A stretch of DNA of 64,000 bases from a virus (lineage: Duplodnaviria; Caudoviricetes), in IMG/VR virus record IMGVR_UViG_3300012232_000010, positions 1 through 64,000 of that record. One strand, given 5' to 3'. Within the stretch, counting starts at the first letter, position 1. Each line of letters opens with the position of its first letter. Below, in pieces: positions 18,487 through 28,737 of the stretch. The translations under genes and the position numbers were made by a program. The notes below the pieces were generated by a model, which worked only from the letters and a program-made list of their open reading frames with translations, was not told the DNA's origin and ran no database searches.

Positions 18487-20789
18487 TCACCATTAATCAA
18501 TTTTTGAGCGTAATCAATTTTGTCGAGAGCTACAACCCCCAAGAAGTCAAATTTTACACAACCAGCCGCTTCAGCACTAGACATTTCGAACCCTACTACT
18601 CTTGTCTTATTTTTGGGATCATACGTCATGGGAACTAGTTCACTAATCGGAACATTAGATATTACCAATCCAGCCGCGTGTTTCGCCTGATTCTTCTTTG
18701 TTCCTTCAAGTCTCATAGCCGTATCAAACAAGGGCTTAAACCACTGATAGTATTCCTTCATCTTATCTATATTATCAATCGCCCAATTCAATATCGTATA
18801 ATCTTCTTCTGTTTCGTCCCGCATATGTTGCAACTCGTCGATAATACTTGCTTCATCCGGTATAAGAGAAGTTATTTCATTACACAAATCGAAAGGGGTC
18901 ATGTTAATATCATTTGGGTCTTTACCTTCTTTTTCTGCCCTAACTTTCATCAAGTGCCTAACAAGATCGGGCTGCGCTCTAAATACTTCTTTAAGAGCGG
19001 CCTTGCCCATAAGTTTACCGAATGTTATCATTTGAGAAACTTTATCTTCACCCCACTTGTTGATCAAGTATTCGATAGTCTTTTCTCTGAACTCTACGCC
19101 AATATCTGTGTCAATATCTGGAAGACTAATATGCCCCTCATTAATCTTTACTGGCTTACTGAAATCTATTCCATAATCAACACTAGCCATTCCATTCTTA
19201 TCTTCTACTTTCAAACAGAATAATCCAGCAATATGTGAATTACTAGGATTGACAAAATCTTTTTGTTCACTACAATGCATTATGTATAGCCACATTTTTG
19301 GGCTATTTTTATCTATCCAATCCCTTTCTTCTGTTAGTATCTTATTATTAAGATTTTTGGGTTTATAGTTTTTGATATGGCTCCTAACAACATTTATTAT
19401 CGTAGATCGGGCATCATCTATTTTCTGTTTAGTTATGTTGTCATAATTGTCGGATAACCATTGCATGAATTTAACCGGACCAAGATCAAAGTGTGAAGGA
19501 ATAGACCGTGAAACATTATAGAATCGTTCGAAATACAGATTGTATTCTATGGGGTCTATTTGGGTTATATTGAGCAAATAATTCACAATACTACCCGCAC
19601 CAGAACCTCTACCCTTACCTCTTGGGGCTTTGTTGTCATCTATGAATTTGCAAGCGTCATACACTATCAAGAAATAATCTGCTAATTTAGCTTCTTCTAT
19701 TACAGACAATTCTCTCTTTAGTCTATCCCAATACACCTTCTTTTTATTCTCATCGAAATCTTTGAACTTTTCTTTTGCCGTTTCTATACATAATTTTTTG
19801 ATATATTCATCAGAAGATAGTTCATCCGGGACAGTATATTTTGGTAAACATGGCTGTCTTCCTATTGAAGATGTTTTTATCATATCCGAGATTATCAAAC
19901 TCTGATCTATCTCTTTATCTGTATAAAATTCCCCCATCTCATCGCGGGAAAAGATATAGAAGTTATCAAGATAGAAAAATGCCATAGAGTCTTCGCCGCT
20001 TTTTCTCAATCTATCTTGTTCTTCTTGAGTTGTTTTCATCTGCGAATAAAGTAGAATTCTATGATCGTCTGCGTCACCCTTACAGGTGTAATGGCTATCC
20101 AATGTTGCTACGGTTGGAATATCTAATGCCTTTGCTGTTTCTCTTAAACATTCAACGGCAACCATTTGGGCTACCATACCCTCTGTTTGTAATTCTATGA
20201 AATAGTTTTCTTTTCCAAAAGCCCTTTGATATTTTTCAATAATTTCTGACGATATATCTCGCCAATTTGGTTTGAGCAAATTCCGAACGTTTTGTATATA
20301 TCCAGTATCGGCCCCATAGATGCAAGCTTGCTTTGTGTCAGTGAACAAATTTTCTGACAACTCACCAGCTAAACAACCAGACAAACAGATTAAATCTCCA
20401 CCCTTTGTAAAATTAGATATGTTCTTCAAATCTAATCGTGGCTTTCTATAGAAGTAATCCGGCCTGTTGCTTTCGCTAACAAGCTTCATTAATTCTTTCA
20501 TACCTTTTTCGTTCTTAGCCAAAACTGTTAAGTGATATCTTTTATTATTTTCTGGAGTTTTAATTGATGGATCATCTTTACACATATACAATTCTATACC
20601 AAAGATAGGCTTTATACCCATCTTCTTAGAGTGTTTCTGTAGCTCGATCCATCCGGATATACTTCCGTGATCCGTTATGGCGATAGCTGGTGCGCCAATA
20701 TCCTTTGCTCGTTTAACTATTTTTTGAGGCGTAGAAAGACCGTCTAGTAGTGAAAAATGACTATGAACATGAAGTGGTACGAATGACAA
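18483..20789 (-). CDS. dnaE: DNA polymerase III alpha subunit, N-terminal half (PHP and palm)
   Basis: HVHSHFSLLDG, TDHG, DSHY (PHP); GRGSGAGS, FERF, PDIDTD, HAAG, KFDFLG (all three catalytic Asp). Confidence 0.95.
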   Translation of the reverse strand: MSFVPLHVHSHFSLLDGLSTPQKIVKRAKDIGAPAIAITDHGSISGWIELQKHSKKMGIKPIFGIELYMCKDDPSIKTPENNKRYHLTVLAKNEKGMKELMKLVSESNRPDYFYRKPRLDLKNISNFTKGGDLICLSGCLAGELSENLFTDTKQACIYGADTGYIQNVRNLLKPNWRDISSEIIEKYQRAFGKENYFIELQTEGMVAQMVAVECLRETAKALDIPTVATLDSHYTCKGDADDHRILLYSQMKTTQEEQDRLRKSGEDSMAFFYLDNFYIFSRDEMGEFYTDKEIDQSLIISDMIKTSSIGRQPCLPKYTVPDELSSDEYIKKLCIETAKEKFKDFDENKKKVYWDRLKRELSVIEEAKLADYFLIVYDACKFIDDNKAPRGKGRGSGAGSIVNYLLNITQIDPIEYNLYFERFYNVSRSIPSHFDLGPVKFMQWLSDNYDNITKQKIDDARSTIINVVRSHIKNYKPKNLNNKILTEERDWIDKNSPKMWLYIMHCSEQKDFVNPSNSHIAGLFCLKVEDKNGMASVDYGIDFSKPVKINEGHISLPDIDTDIGVEFREKTIEYLINKWGEDKVSQMITFGKLMGKAALKEVFRAQPDLVRHLMKVRAEKEGKDPNDINMTPFDLCNEITSLIPDEASIIDELQHMRDETEEDYTILNWAIDNIDKMKEYYQWFKPLFDTAMRLEGTKKNQAKHAAGLVISNVPISELVPMTYDPKNKTRVVGFEMSSAEAAGCVKFDFLGVVALDKIDYAQKLINGE

Positions 20790-20793
20790 TAGA

Positions 20794-21651
20794 TTAACCT
20801 TTCTTGTATTTATCTTCTACGAATTTCTGACCGAAAGTGTTCAGGTCTGACCAAATTTTTGTGCATAAATCTTCTTTATTAAATTGGCACATTCTGCACT
20901 TCCACGATCTATTTCTTTTTATCACATTATCTTTTTTAACTGTTGTAAAAAACGCATATAAACTAGTGAAAGTATTCACTAAATCTTCTTCGGATAGGCT
21001 TATAGTAAGTGGTCCATCTTCGTTTATATAATAGAATGTAATTACGATATTTTTATAAGATGGGTACAATATACTTGCGGCTAAATGGTATATTCTTGGT
21101 TGAATCTTTTTAGATATATTTTCGAGAGTCACTTCTTCCATAGTAGAAAGATCAATTTGTTTACCGTTCTTCCAGTCTACAATCTCTATAGTATCCTTAT
21201 CTATAATATTTACCATATCAATAAAGCCACGAACTTTAAACGGCTTATTCTCTATAGTAAACCATTCCTCACCGTCAATATCAATCTCAAACCAATGCTC
21301 TACGTCTAGCACATTATTAAGATACGGATTATAATACTTATCTCTTAAAATCTTGTTTATAGATTCTTTGCATCTAAGATAATCAGCACTTGGACCCCTA
21401 CTTGTTAATCTTCTCAAATCCTTGTGTGGATTCTCATCCCATGCTCTCTCAAATAGCCACATAGGATCAACATTAGTCTTTCCCCTTTTACTTAGCTTAG
21501 CCATCCATTCAAAAACTTGATGCACTATATTACCTAAAACAGCGGCCTTTCCGGAGGGGGTTTTCATTCCGAGTATGTAACTCAAATAGTATTTGAAAGA
21601 ACACGATCTATACGTGTTTATGGAACTTGGACTACAAGTGGTTATTTTCAT
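20794..21651 (-). CDS. PD-(D/E)XK Cas4/RecB-like exonuclease
   Basis: SPSSINTY..C, G..VH, GFIDMV, IVDWKNG, Q..IY, CRMC.....C. Confidence 0.85.
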   Translation of the reverse strand: MKITTCSPSSINTYRSCSFKYYLSYILGMKTPSGKAAVLGNIVHQVFEWMAKLSKRGKTNVDPMWLFERAWDENPHKDLRRLTSRGPSADYLRCKESINKILRDKYYNPYLNNVLDVEHWFEIDIDGEEWFTIENKPFKVRGFIDMVNIIDKDTIEIVDWKNGKQIDLSTMEEVTLENISKKIQPRIYHLAASILYPSYKNIVITFYYINEDGPLTISLSEEDLVNTFTSLYAFFTTVKKDNVIKRNRSWKCRMCQFNKEDLCTKIWSDLNTFGQKFVEDKYKKG

Positions 21652-22418
21652 TAACCACGTATTTCCTTGAACCATTCGTCAATATGAGGCTTAAGAGCGT
21701 CACATTGTTGCCCAATACTCATCTCTTGATTATCAACCAATAGCGTGTATTTAGAAGCCGGGAAATCGTCCAAGGCCGTTTCTGATTTATGTTGATCGTT
21801 GTCTTTATTGACATTCCTTGATAATCTCAATGTTTTTCCACCGGAGTTATTTACACCCATTATCTCATTAGGAAACCGACCATCAGTTATAATAGCTAGC
21901 TTTGGCTTCTCTTTATTGATCTTATTGATAGTAGCTTTAACCCAAGCATCGCTAAACATTTTTCTAACTATATCTGTTCCAAAATACTGTAATACCTGCC
22001 GGGCTGTCATGAATTCTGGTAATGGGTCCATATTCATGTATTCTCTGAACTTAGTATCTTGCTTTTCATCATATGTTGGCATATCTCGCCATTTAATAGT
22101 TGTCAGACTATTCTTTTGCTCATCAGTACCATAACACTGTTCATAGGTAAGCCCATATACGTCCATACAAAACTCTTTAAGATAATCCGCAAAACTATAC
22201 ATCTTTGCCTTTATATCCTTGAACGTTTTATTGAACTCACCCTCTTTAACAGCAAATTCATGCCCATTAGCACGACAATGTAGTACACCTTTATCGTCCA
22301 GCCTAAACTCTTTGATCTGCCTGATACTCATAAGATACGTGCCAGCTATATAATTGGCGGCTGTGTTCTTGCCGGATTGCTTTTTACCCGATAGGCAAAT
22401 TATTAACGGATTTGACAT
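21651..22418 (-). CDS. Deoxynucleoside monophosphate kinase
   Basis: SGKKQSGKNT, FADYLK, RQVLQYFGTD, TDGRFPNE, HKSE. Confidence 0.88.
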   Translation of the reverse strand: MSNPLIICLSGKKQSGKNTAANYIAGTYLMSIRQIKEFRLDDKGVLHCRANGHEFAVKEGEFNKTFKDIKAKMYSFADYLKEFCMDVYGLTYEQCYGTDEQKNSLTTIKWRDMPTYDEKQDTKFREYMNMDPLPEFMTARQVLQYFGTDIVRKMFSDAWVKATINKINKEKPKLAIITDGRFPNEIMGVNNSGGKTLRLSRNVNKDNDQHKSETALDDFPASKYTLLVDNQEMSIGQQCDALKPHIDEWFKEIRG

Positions 22419-23562
22419 ACTTTTCTCCATCGCTCAATAGAAATTCCTTGGATTCATCCTTCAGGATAGAACCTATCTTATCTACAATTTCCTTCTTTTC
22501 CATTTCTGCTACGTCATTGACCGTTTCCAAGCTAATAGGAATAACTCTGAAATAATAATTTAGTTCATCTACTATTTTATTCGTAGAGTTTTCTCCGGTC
22601 GGATCATTATCTAGTAACAATATAAGGGTCAAAGCGCCAGCCTTTTGTAATAGTTGTCTTTGTGTCTTAGACATACTGGCACCCATAATAGCAACGCCAT
22701 TGTTTATTCCAGACATTTCCAAGGCCCAAACATTACCCGGCCCCTCACAAACTATAGCGACACCCGACTTAGATATATGATACTTGGCGTACCAATAATT
22801 ATACAAGTATTTTTCGGATTTAAATCCTTTTGAGTGAATCCATTTAGCGTACAACGGTCTTATTTCTTTTGCAGGACAAGAATATTTAGGGCTATGGTGG
22901 TAGCCGCATTCTGGACACTCTTCGTTTATACTTCTTGCTGAATATCCGACGACGAACTTACCAGACTCGTCCATTATAGGAAAGAACGCCCTTTTAAAGA
23001 ATCTTCTACCTCTTGTATCACAATATGAAATGTGATATCTGTCAATCATTTCTTGCGACACTCCACGGCTCGGATAGTACACATCATCTTTTCTAAAAGA
23101 AGAAACTATATCTGACAATGGTATCATATTCGAATCTGTCTTTTTGGCTTTCTTGTGCTTATAGCTTTTTATTATTTTGTCCATCTCTATTTCTTCTTCT
23201 GTGGATTTGTCCATTTTAAGGTCGCATAGACCAAGAACTTTAGCCACAAAAAGAACGGCATGATCAAAATAAAACTTCTTTTGTGTTTTAAGAGACATAG
23301 CCCCACGGACTAAACCAAATACGCTAGTTGATGGTCCAGTTATTTTATCTTTCTCGCAATGCTTAGTATTGCACTTCCAATGATTGGTTCTGGTTGCCCA
23401 ATAAAACGATCTAGGATTATCCCCGTTATGGCATGGGCATCTGGATTGCAGATAATCACATCTTTCTGAATACTCCATCCCTAGAGCATCCAGAACTTCC
23501 GTTATCCTTTCGTTAGCTCTACTATTTATAAATTCTATTTCTTTAGTATTGAATTTACGCAT
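22384..23562 (-). CDS. dnaG: DNA primase (zinc-binding domain and TOPRIM)
   Basis: CPCH...C....C, FFPI, GYSAR, KW.HS, VCEGP, LDND. Confidence 0.88.
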   Translation of the reverse strand: MRKFNTKEIEFINSRANERITEVLDALGMEYSERCDYLQSRCPCHNGDNPRSFYWATRTNHWKCNTKHCEKDKITGPSTSVFGLVRGAMSLKTQKKFYFDHAVLFVAKVLGLCDLKMDKSTEEEIEMDKIIKSYKHKKAKKTDSNMIPLSDIVSSFRKDDVYYPSRGVSQEMIDRYHISYCDTRGRRFFKRAFFPIMDESGKFVVGYSARSINEECPECGYHHSPKYSCPAKEIRPLYAKWIHSKGFKSEKYLYNYWYAKYHISKSGVAIVCEGPGNVWALEMSGINNGVAIMGASMSKTQRQLLQKAGALTLILLLDNDPTGENSTNKIVDELNYYFRVIPISLETVNDVAEMEKKEIVDKIGSILKDESKEFLLSDGEKYVKSVNNLPIG

Positions 23563-24988
23563 TTTTCTTTTCGTTCTTAAAGGAACCAGAAACTATAGTA
23601 GAATATAGCTTCCCTTCTTTTAATTTTGCTCTAGACAAATCACTATGTATATTGATATAATCACCCTTTTCCATACCGGGACCAAATCTTGTGTCTGTTA
23701 CAACCAATTTTTTAGCCCCATTAGATGGTGGATCATCAGCTAATTCTTCTTGTAGCTTATTCTTCAATATCGTGAAACTAGAACAAAGCCACAATATTCT
23801 ATCCGATCCAGCCGCTACTTCACCGCCCTCTTTTTCGACCCCATCCCTGTTTAGTTGTGCCGTTACCAATACTGGTATATCCCATTTAAGTGCAAAGTTA
23901 TGGATAGAAGTCATCATAAAACCCAATAATTGAGTTTCCGCAACGTTCCTCTTTAATCCATCATCATCCATAAGCTTAATATAGTCATATATAAGAAGGC
24001 ATGGGTTAGCTTGCCCATTATCATTGATGCCGACATGTTTGATAATCCATCGTCTAGCATAAGACAATATTGATTCCATTGACTGACCAGCTATATTGCA
24101 ATGGGTCATCAACATATTCTTTAATTTAGGCTTACTGTTTTCTATCGCCTTAGCTTCTTCCGGCATAGTAGAGAATTTGCCAGTTTCAACACGATCTGTT
24201 TCAACACCAGATACAAGACCAGTTAATCTATTCATTTGGATAGCTCTACTCAATTCAGTATCCAAATATAAAACTGGAATACCATTATCTGCAACATTCT
24301 TTCCAATATTAAGACAAATGAATGACTTGGCACCTTTGGGCCTTGCTCCTATTACGTGAATAGTACCTCTTCTTAATCCACCACCGACACAATAATCCCA
24401 ATTTGTAAAGCCGGTTGGAAGACCGACTATATCTTTTGGAGTTTCAGATACAGCCTTAAGTGTCTCGTCAATACCTTCACATATTTGTGTCATTTCGTTA
24501 TTTGATTTTGTTAGCTTGCCAGTAAACTCCAATACTGGTTCTTCTATGCTTTTGATTATATCATCTATTTTTTCGCTACCATTTATCTTATTTATTTCTT
24601 CTGTTACGCTTTGCAAACATTTGTTCGCTTGGCGAGCCAGAGATAACTTATAAACGCAAAGTGCGATTGACTTTGTATTATCTTGAGAAGGGGATGTGTC
24701 AAACAACGCTTCCAGATAATTGTTTTCCTTTTCCCCATCTTTGAATTTGTCATAATTAATGAATGTCGCACCAGCAATTATTGTTGGGATATCAAATTTT
24801 TGAATATTTTTATCATGAACCAAATGTTTTATGATTGAAAATATCTTTTGATTTATAGAATAGTGAAAGTCTTTCGCCTCTATAATGTCTTCTATATCTA
24901 GAAACAAATTTGATCCGTGATTTAGTATGCCGGATAAAACTGATCTTTCAAAACCAGCATCATTTAATAAACTTTTATTCTCTACCAT
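23555..24988 (-). CDS. dnaB: Replicative DNA helicase
   Basis: GLPTGF, GARPKGAKS (Walker A variant), DTE, YDYIKL, QLNR, R.G. Confidence 0.9.
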   Translation of the reverse strand: MVENKSLLNDAGFERSVLSGILNHGSNLFLDIEDIIEAKDFHYSINQKIFSIIKHLVHDKNIQKFDIPTIIAGATFINYDKFKDGEKENNYLEALFDTSPSQDNTKSIALCVYKLSLARQANKCLQSVTEEINKINGSEKIDDIIKSIEEPVLEFTGKLTKSNNEMTQICEGIDETLKAVSETPKDIVGLPTGFTNWDYCVGGGLRRGTIHVIGARPKGAKSFICLNIGKNVADNGIPVLYLDTELSRAIQMNRLTGLVSGVETDRVETGKFSTMPEEAKAIENSKPKLKNMLMTHCNIAGQSMESILSYARRWIIKHVGINDNGQANPCLLIYDYIKLMDDDGLKRNVAETQLLGFMMTSIHNFALKWDIPVLVTAQLNRDGVEKEGGEVAAGSDRILWLCSSFTILKNKLQEELADDPPSNGAKKLVVTDTRFGPGMEKGDYINIHSDLSRAKLKEGKLYSTIVSGSFKNEKKNA

Positions 24989-25445
24989 TTATAGCCTTTA
25001 CTAAACAATCGTTACATCTTTTACCAAAATTATCACTTGTATCCACATCGGAGTCAAAAGGTTTTTGACATACAGAACAGTTGATCTTATACACTTGTTT
25101 TGGTTTTCTTTTCGGCTTCTCAATTACATTCTGCTTATTTTTTTCTATCTCGTCAGCCGCAGCTTTTTCTGTTATTGGCACTGATTGATTTCCGAAATAA
25201 CCCTTCTGTGCCACAGGTTCTTTAACAGGTTTCTTTTTTGATTCATTTTTAGCGACTTGAGTTGGTTTAGAATGATAATTTTCATAAGTATCAAAAAGCA
25301 TATCAATTGTCTGTTGAAGTGTATATCTACCAACAAAGCTAGATACAGATATCTCTTCGCCAGTAAGGAGACTATATCCTTCTGCTATTTCTTTTAGATC
25401 ACCATTGATTAGACCTTGCTTAATTTTCTGAATTGGACTCGCCAT
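24975..25445 (-). CDS. Hypothetical protein with C-terminal Cys4 zinc finger
   Basis: CSVC...RCNDC. Confidence 0.55.
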   Translation of the reverse strand: MASPIQKIKQGLINGDLKEIAEGYSLLTGEEISVSSFVGRYTLQQTIDMLFDTYENYHSKPTQVAKNESKKKPVKEPVAQKGYFGNQSVPITEKAAADEIEKNKQNVIEKPKRKPKQVYKINCSVCQKPFDSDVDTSDNFGKRCNDCLVKAINGRE

Positions 25446-25446
25446 A

Positions 25447-25854
25447 TTATCTCTCCACATTTCTTTGCTTAATTATACCCTGAATAGCTTGACAGTAATA
25501 TTCTACTCTTCTTGTCATGTATGCTATTTTTGATTGTCTCAACTCTGCCTTTTGACCAAGCACTATTGATCTGGACTTTTCTTCCCCGAAGAATCTTGAA
25601 CTAGAGTATCTTAGCCACTTTAGATACGAGTCGCATTCATTAGACTTCTTTTGAAGAAACATAAGATATTGAGATATAACGAACACATCTTCGTTCAACT
25701 CCATAGTTTCTTTAAGTCTTACATCTTTGATTTCTAAAGAAAGAAGTTCTTCTACCTTCTCTCTATTAACCTCTTTAAAGTTCAAGCCAATTGATTTTTC
25801 CCATTCTCCCAACTGTTCACTGTACTTTTTATATTCTGAATCAAGATTACTCAT
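25447..25854 (-). CDS. Helical hypothetical protein, possibly a recombination mediator
   Basis: All-helical appearance, near recA; function inferred from position only. Confidence 0.4.
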   Translation of the reverse strand: MSNLDSEYKKYSEQLGEWEKSIGLNFKEVNREKVEELLSLEIKDVRLKETMELNEDVFVISQYLMFLQKKSNECDSYLKWLRYSSSRFFGEEKSRSIVLGQKAELRQSKIAYMTRRVEYYCQAIQGIIKQRNVER

Positions 25855-26206
25855 AATTTATTTCTATCATCTTAAACCCGTTTATATCACACCAATTCTT
25901 CTTACGTTTGTCGGTAAGGATTTGTTTGTCAAAATCCTGTTTTGTTCTGTGAAAAAATTTAACATGCTCTTTGTGCTGCCGACCGTTAACTTCGATCACC
26001 GTTTTCAGGGTTGGCAAAAAGAAGTCTAGATAAAATTTTTCCCCCTTTATATAAACTTCTTCACAGATTATATCGTTTGGGTACTTTTCTATTAGCTCTT
26101 TTCTAACCTGTTCTTGAAATTTAGATTTACAAAAACCATTTCTTTCGAGCAAGAAATTTTTGATTATTACATCTTCTGATGATCCATTTAATAGTCTTAC
26201 TTTCAT
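25847..26206 (-). CDS. DUF559/Vsr-like endonuclease
   Basis: LDFFLP....IEVNGRQH, D..K..WC..NG. Confidence 0.75.
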   Translation of the reverse strand: MKVRLLNGSSEDVIIKNFLLERNGFCKSKFQEQVRKELIEKYPNDIICEEVYIKGEKFYLDFFLPTLKTVIEVNGRQHKEHVKFFHRTKQDFDKQILTDKRKKNWCDINGFKMIEINYE

Positions 26207-27240
26207 TATGCTTTCGGTATCAACATTTCTCTTACTGAATCATCTAAAAGACTTAGCTTGTCTTTGTTTTCGTTAAGGTACTTTGTCAAGTTATCTATGC
26301 CTTGGAACTTTACTGGTTCTTTCTTATCATCTAGTATGGATGGGATTTTATACCAAGCGCCAGATCGTTCAATCAAACCAATATTTTCGGCATTAATTAT
26401 CGTATCTCTTGCGGTATCTATTCCGCTTCCAAATCTAATCGGAACGCTACATGGTAGATGTGGTGGACCAAGTGCGGAACATTGAATAGATATCTGAATA
26501 TCATGCCCCAATGGTGCGTTTACATTAACATCTTTGTCCCACATTTTTGCCCATGTGCAATTCAGCCAGACACTAGTGGCATACTGAATACCTACACCAC
26601 CCTTTTCTATATACTTCTTACCACCGGGGTCTCTGTTTGTTATTAGTTGGGATATGAATATCAGGATAACATTGTTATTGTCTACAACTTGTTGCATTCT
26701 TCTAAAGAATGATGACAATAGTTTTGGTGGACCGCTCATATCCTTGTTACTACCAATAGCTTCTGCTTGTTCTGCCATAGTGCTTAACATAGCAAGTGAG
26801 TCAACAACTATAACCGCATCTTTATTGTCTTTTATAGTTCTTTCCAAGATGTTTAGATAATCTTCTGCGAAGAGAATTCTTTCTTCTGTAGACTTAATTA
26901 TGTTCAACTTAGATATATCCAAACCATCTATTGTTTGGAGTAAGCTTTTAGAACATCTTCTTTCTATATCAACATAAAATGCGGGCTTGCCTCTGTCGAT
27001 AGCATTTTTCAATATTTGCAAACACAAAGAAGTTTTTCCAACCTTTGGTTTGCCGGAAATAAGAACCGTAACGCCACTAGGAATTCCACCAGATAGCGCT
27101 ATATCTAATGACAATGCTGTTGGAAGAATTTCACGTTTTCTTTCTACTATATCATTTGCTGTGCTGATAATACCTTTTCCGTATTCTCTATCTAAGAACT
27201 CCGAAAAACTTTCTGATTCAGAACTTTTCTTTTTAGCCAT
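26206..27240 (-). CDS. recA: RecA/UvsX recombinase
   Basis: SLDIALSGGIP, GKPKVGKTS, DIE, VVDSLA, ISQ, GG, SGAWY. Confidence 0.92.
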   Translation of the reverse strand: MAKKKSSESESFSEFLDREYGKGIISTANDIVERKREILPTALSLDIALSGGIPSGVTVLISGKPKVGKTSLCLQILKNAIDRGKPAFYVDIERRCSKSLLQTIDGLDISKLNIIKSTEERILFAEDYLNILERTIKDNKDAVIVVDSLAMLSTMAEQAEAIGSNKDMSGPPKLLSSFFRRMQQVVDNNNVILIFISQLITNRDPGGKKYIEKGGVGIQYATSVWLNCTWAKMWDKDVNVNAPLGHDIQISIQCSALGPPHLPCSVPIRFGSGIDTARDTIINAENIGLIERSGAWYKIPSILDDKKEPVKFQGIDNLTKYLNENKDKLSLLDDSVREMLIPKA

Positions 27241-27241
27241 T

Positions 27242-27712
27242 TTAACCTTCCATATCTCTTATACGAGATAATTTGTTTTTCTTACTACCATCAACAAATA
27301 GCGCATTCTTATTAAAATCTATTTCGGGATTTTCTACCTGAACTTTATTAGACCTTTGTGATACTTCTGCTATATACGCCTTTTTTGTTGTCAACACTAT
27401 TTTATCGACTGTTTTTTTAGCAGAAAGAGATTTTATGTTTAATTTTTTGATTGTTTGTATTAATATTTTCTTAGCTAAAGGCTGGTCTAGGAGTATTATT
27501 TTAGTGTCTTTATCTATCTGTGATTCAAAAGAACTCATCAGATTGGAAACTCCCTTTATCTCTCTCTTGTATTTCCCCGTCCAATATTTATCATTACGCC
27601 AGAACTTAGGTTTAAGATTTTTGTTCATATTAAGACATACTAACTCTATAATATAATTCTTGAAATCTATATCTAATCCCGGAGTCGTTGGTGATTTGTA
27701 ATCTTTACTCAT
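27242..27712 (-). CDS. Hypothetical protein
   Basis: Coupled ORF. Confidence 0.55.
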   Translation of the reverse strand: MSKDYKSPTTPGLDIDFKNYIIELVCLNMNKNLKPKFWRNDKYWTGKYKREIKGVSNLMSSFESQIDKDTKIILLDQPLAKKILIQTIKKLNIKSLSAKKTVDKIVLTTKKAYIAEVSQRSNKVQVENPEIDFNKNALFVDGSKKNKLSRIRDMEG

Positions 27713-28137
27713 TATTCTGGATTCTCTATCAAAAAGAAACCGGCACTTTTCTTTGTTCTTTTTTCTTCACAAGCTATTTTTGCATTTTGGTTTAACCATT
27801 TCATGTAACAGGTTTCACCGTCACAGTAACCAACCATAACAAGATCAATTTCTCTGGATGGCCCCATAAATGTCTTTATTTTCTTGTATCCAAAACAATA
27901 ACCCTTCTGATCCCTTGGACACTCATGTTTTTTGCCGTTCGGCTTTATTACCGTTAAACCAACAATTTTAAGCCCACTATTGTTCTTAATAAACTTTGCC
28001 AGTCTAGCCCAAGCGTGTTCGTCATTAGGTCTTACATCTTGGAATACCGTTTGTCCATTAGACAATTCTGCACAAAAATAAATATCTGAAGTTTCTTGTT
28101 TATCGAAAGAAACCATCTCTGCACCGACTATATCCAT
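27712..28137 (-). CDS. Hypothetical protein
   Basis: Coupled ORF. Confidence 0.55.
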   Translation of the reverse strand: MDIVGAEMVSFDKQETSDIYFCAELSNGQTVFQDVRPNDEHAWARLAKFIKNNSGLKIVGLTVIKPNGKKHECPRDQKGYCFGYKKIKTFMGPSREIDLVMVGYCDGETCYMKWLNQNAKIACEEKRTKKSAGFFLIENPE

Positions 28138-28139
28138 GA

Positions 28140-28454
28140 TTAGCTCCCATTCTGAAACGCTCTTTGAGCGATTACTAAGTTCGTTCTATTCTTGCTTCTT
28201 AAGAAATGCACATAGGCATCAAAACAAACTTGCCCGCATTTCTGCATATTATAAAATGGCTTTCCTCTTTCTTTATCTATCTTAGATAGACTATCACTCA
28301 AATCTAAAGGATTATACAAAAAACCTTCCGAAGAGACAGTTACCCAAAAAGATTTACCTATTTTTTGAGCAACCCATTTTTGACCAGCGGCGGCTTTTTT
28401 ATTACCCTTGAACGGAGTACCATTCTTATCTATATTCAAATCTTTCTTATCCAT
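28140..28454 (-). CDS. Hypothetical protein
   Basis: Start moved to MDKKDL; coupled ORF. Confidence 0.5.
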   Translation of the reverse strand: MDKKDLNIDKNGTPFKGNKKAAAGQKWVAQKIGKSFWVTVSSEGFLYNPLDLSDSLSKIDKERGKPFYNMQKCGQVCFDAYVHFLRSKNRTNLVIAQRAFQNGS

Positions 28455-28737
28455 ACTTCTTGAACCTTGCTGTGATAACCATTTCACCCTTAGCTCCATC
28501 GGCAACGTCAAGAAACACATTATCTTGCCCAGCGCCAACAAAGAATTGACCCTTAACCGTAACTTCTTCTGAAGTTATATTGCATTTACCACAAATTACT
28601 TTTGCAATAGTTGTGATAGGACTTATATTCTCGTCTATCAAATCTTCATTAGACTTGGTTATTTGAAAATCCACCAAACCATTCCCGCATTGTGGACAAC
28701 TTACGTTTTTAGTTCCTCTGTTTTTAAGACCCATCAT
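28447..28737 (-). CDS. Zinc-ribbon hypothetical protein
   Basis: CPQCG ... CGKC. Confidence 0.55.
   Translation of the reverse strand: MMGLKNRGTKNVSCPQCGNGLVDFQITKSNEDLIDENISPITTIAKVICGKCNITSEEVTVKGQFFVGAGQDNVFLDVADGAKGEMVITARFKKYG

Noticed and set aside
23555-24988. Inactive DnaB because Walker A reads GAKS
   Set aside because: The Lys-Ser pair and the other helicase motifs are intact; a Gly-to-Ala change is tolerated in other ring helicases
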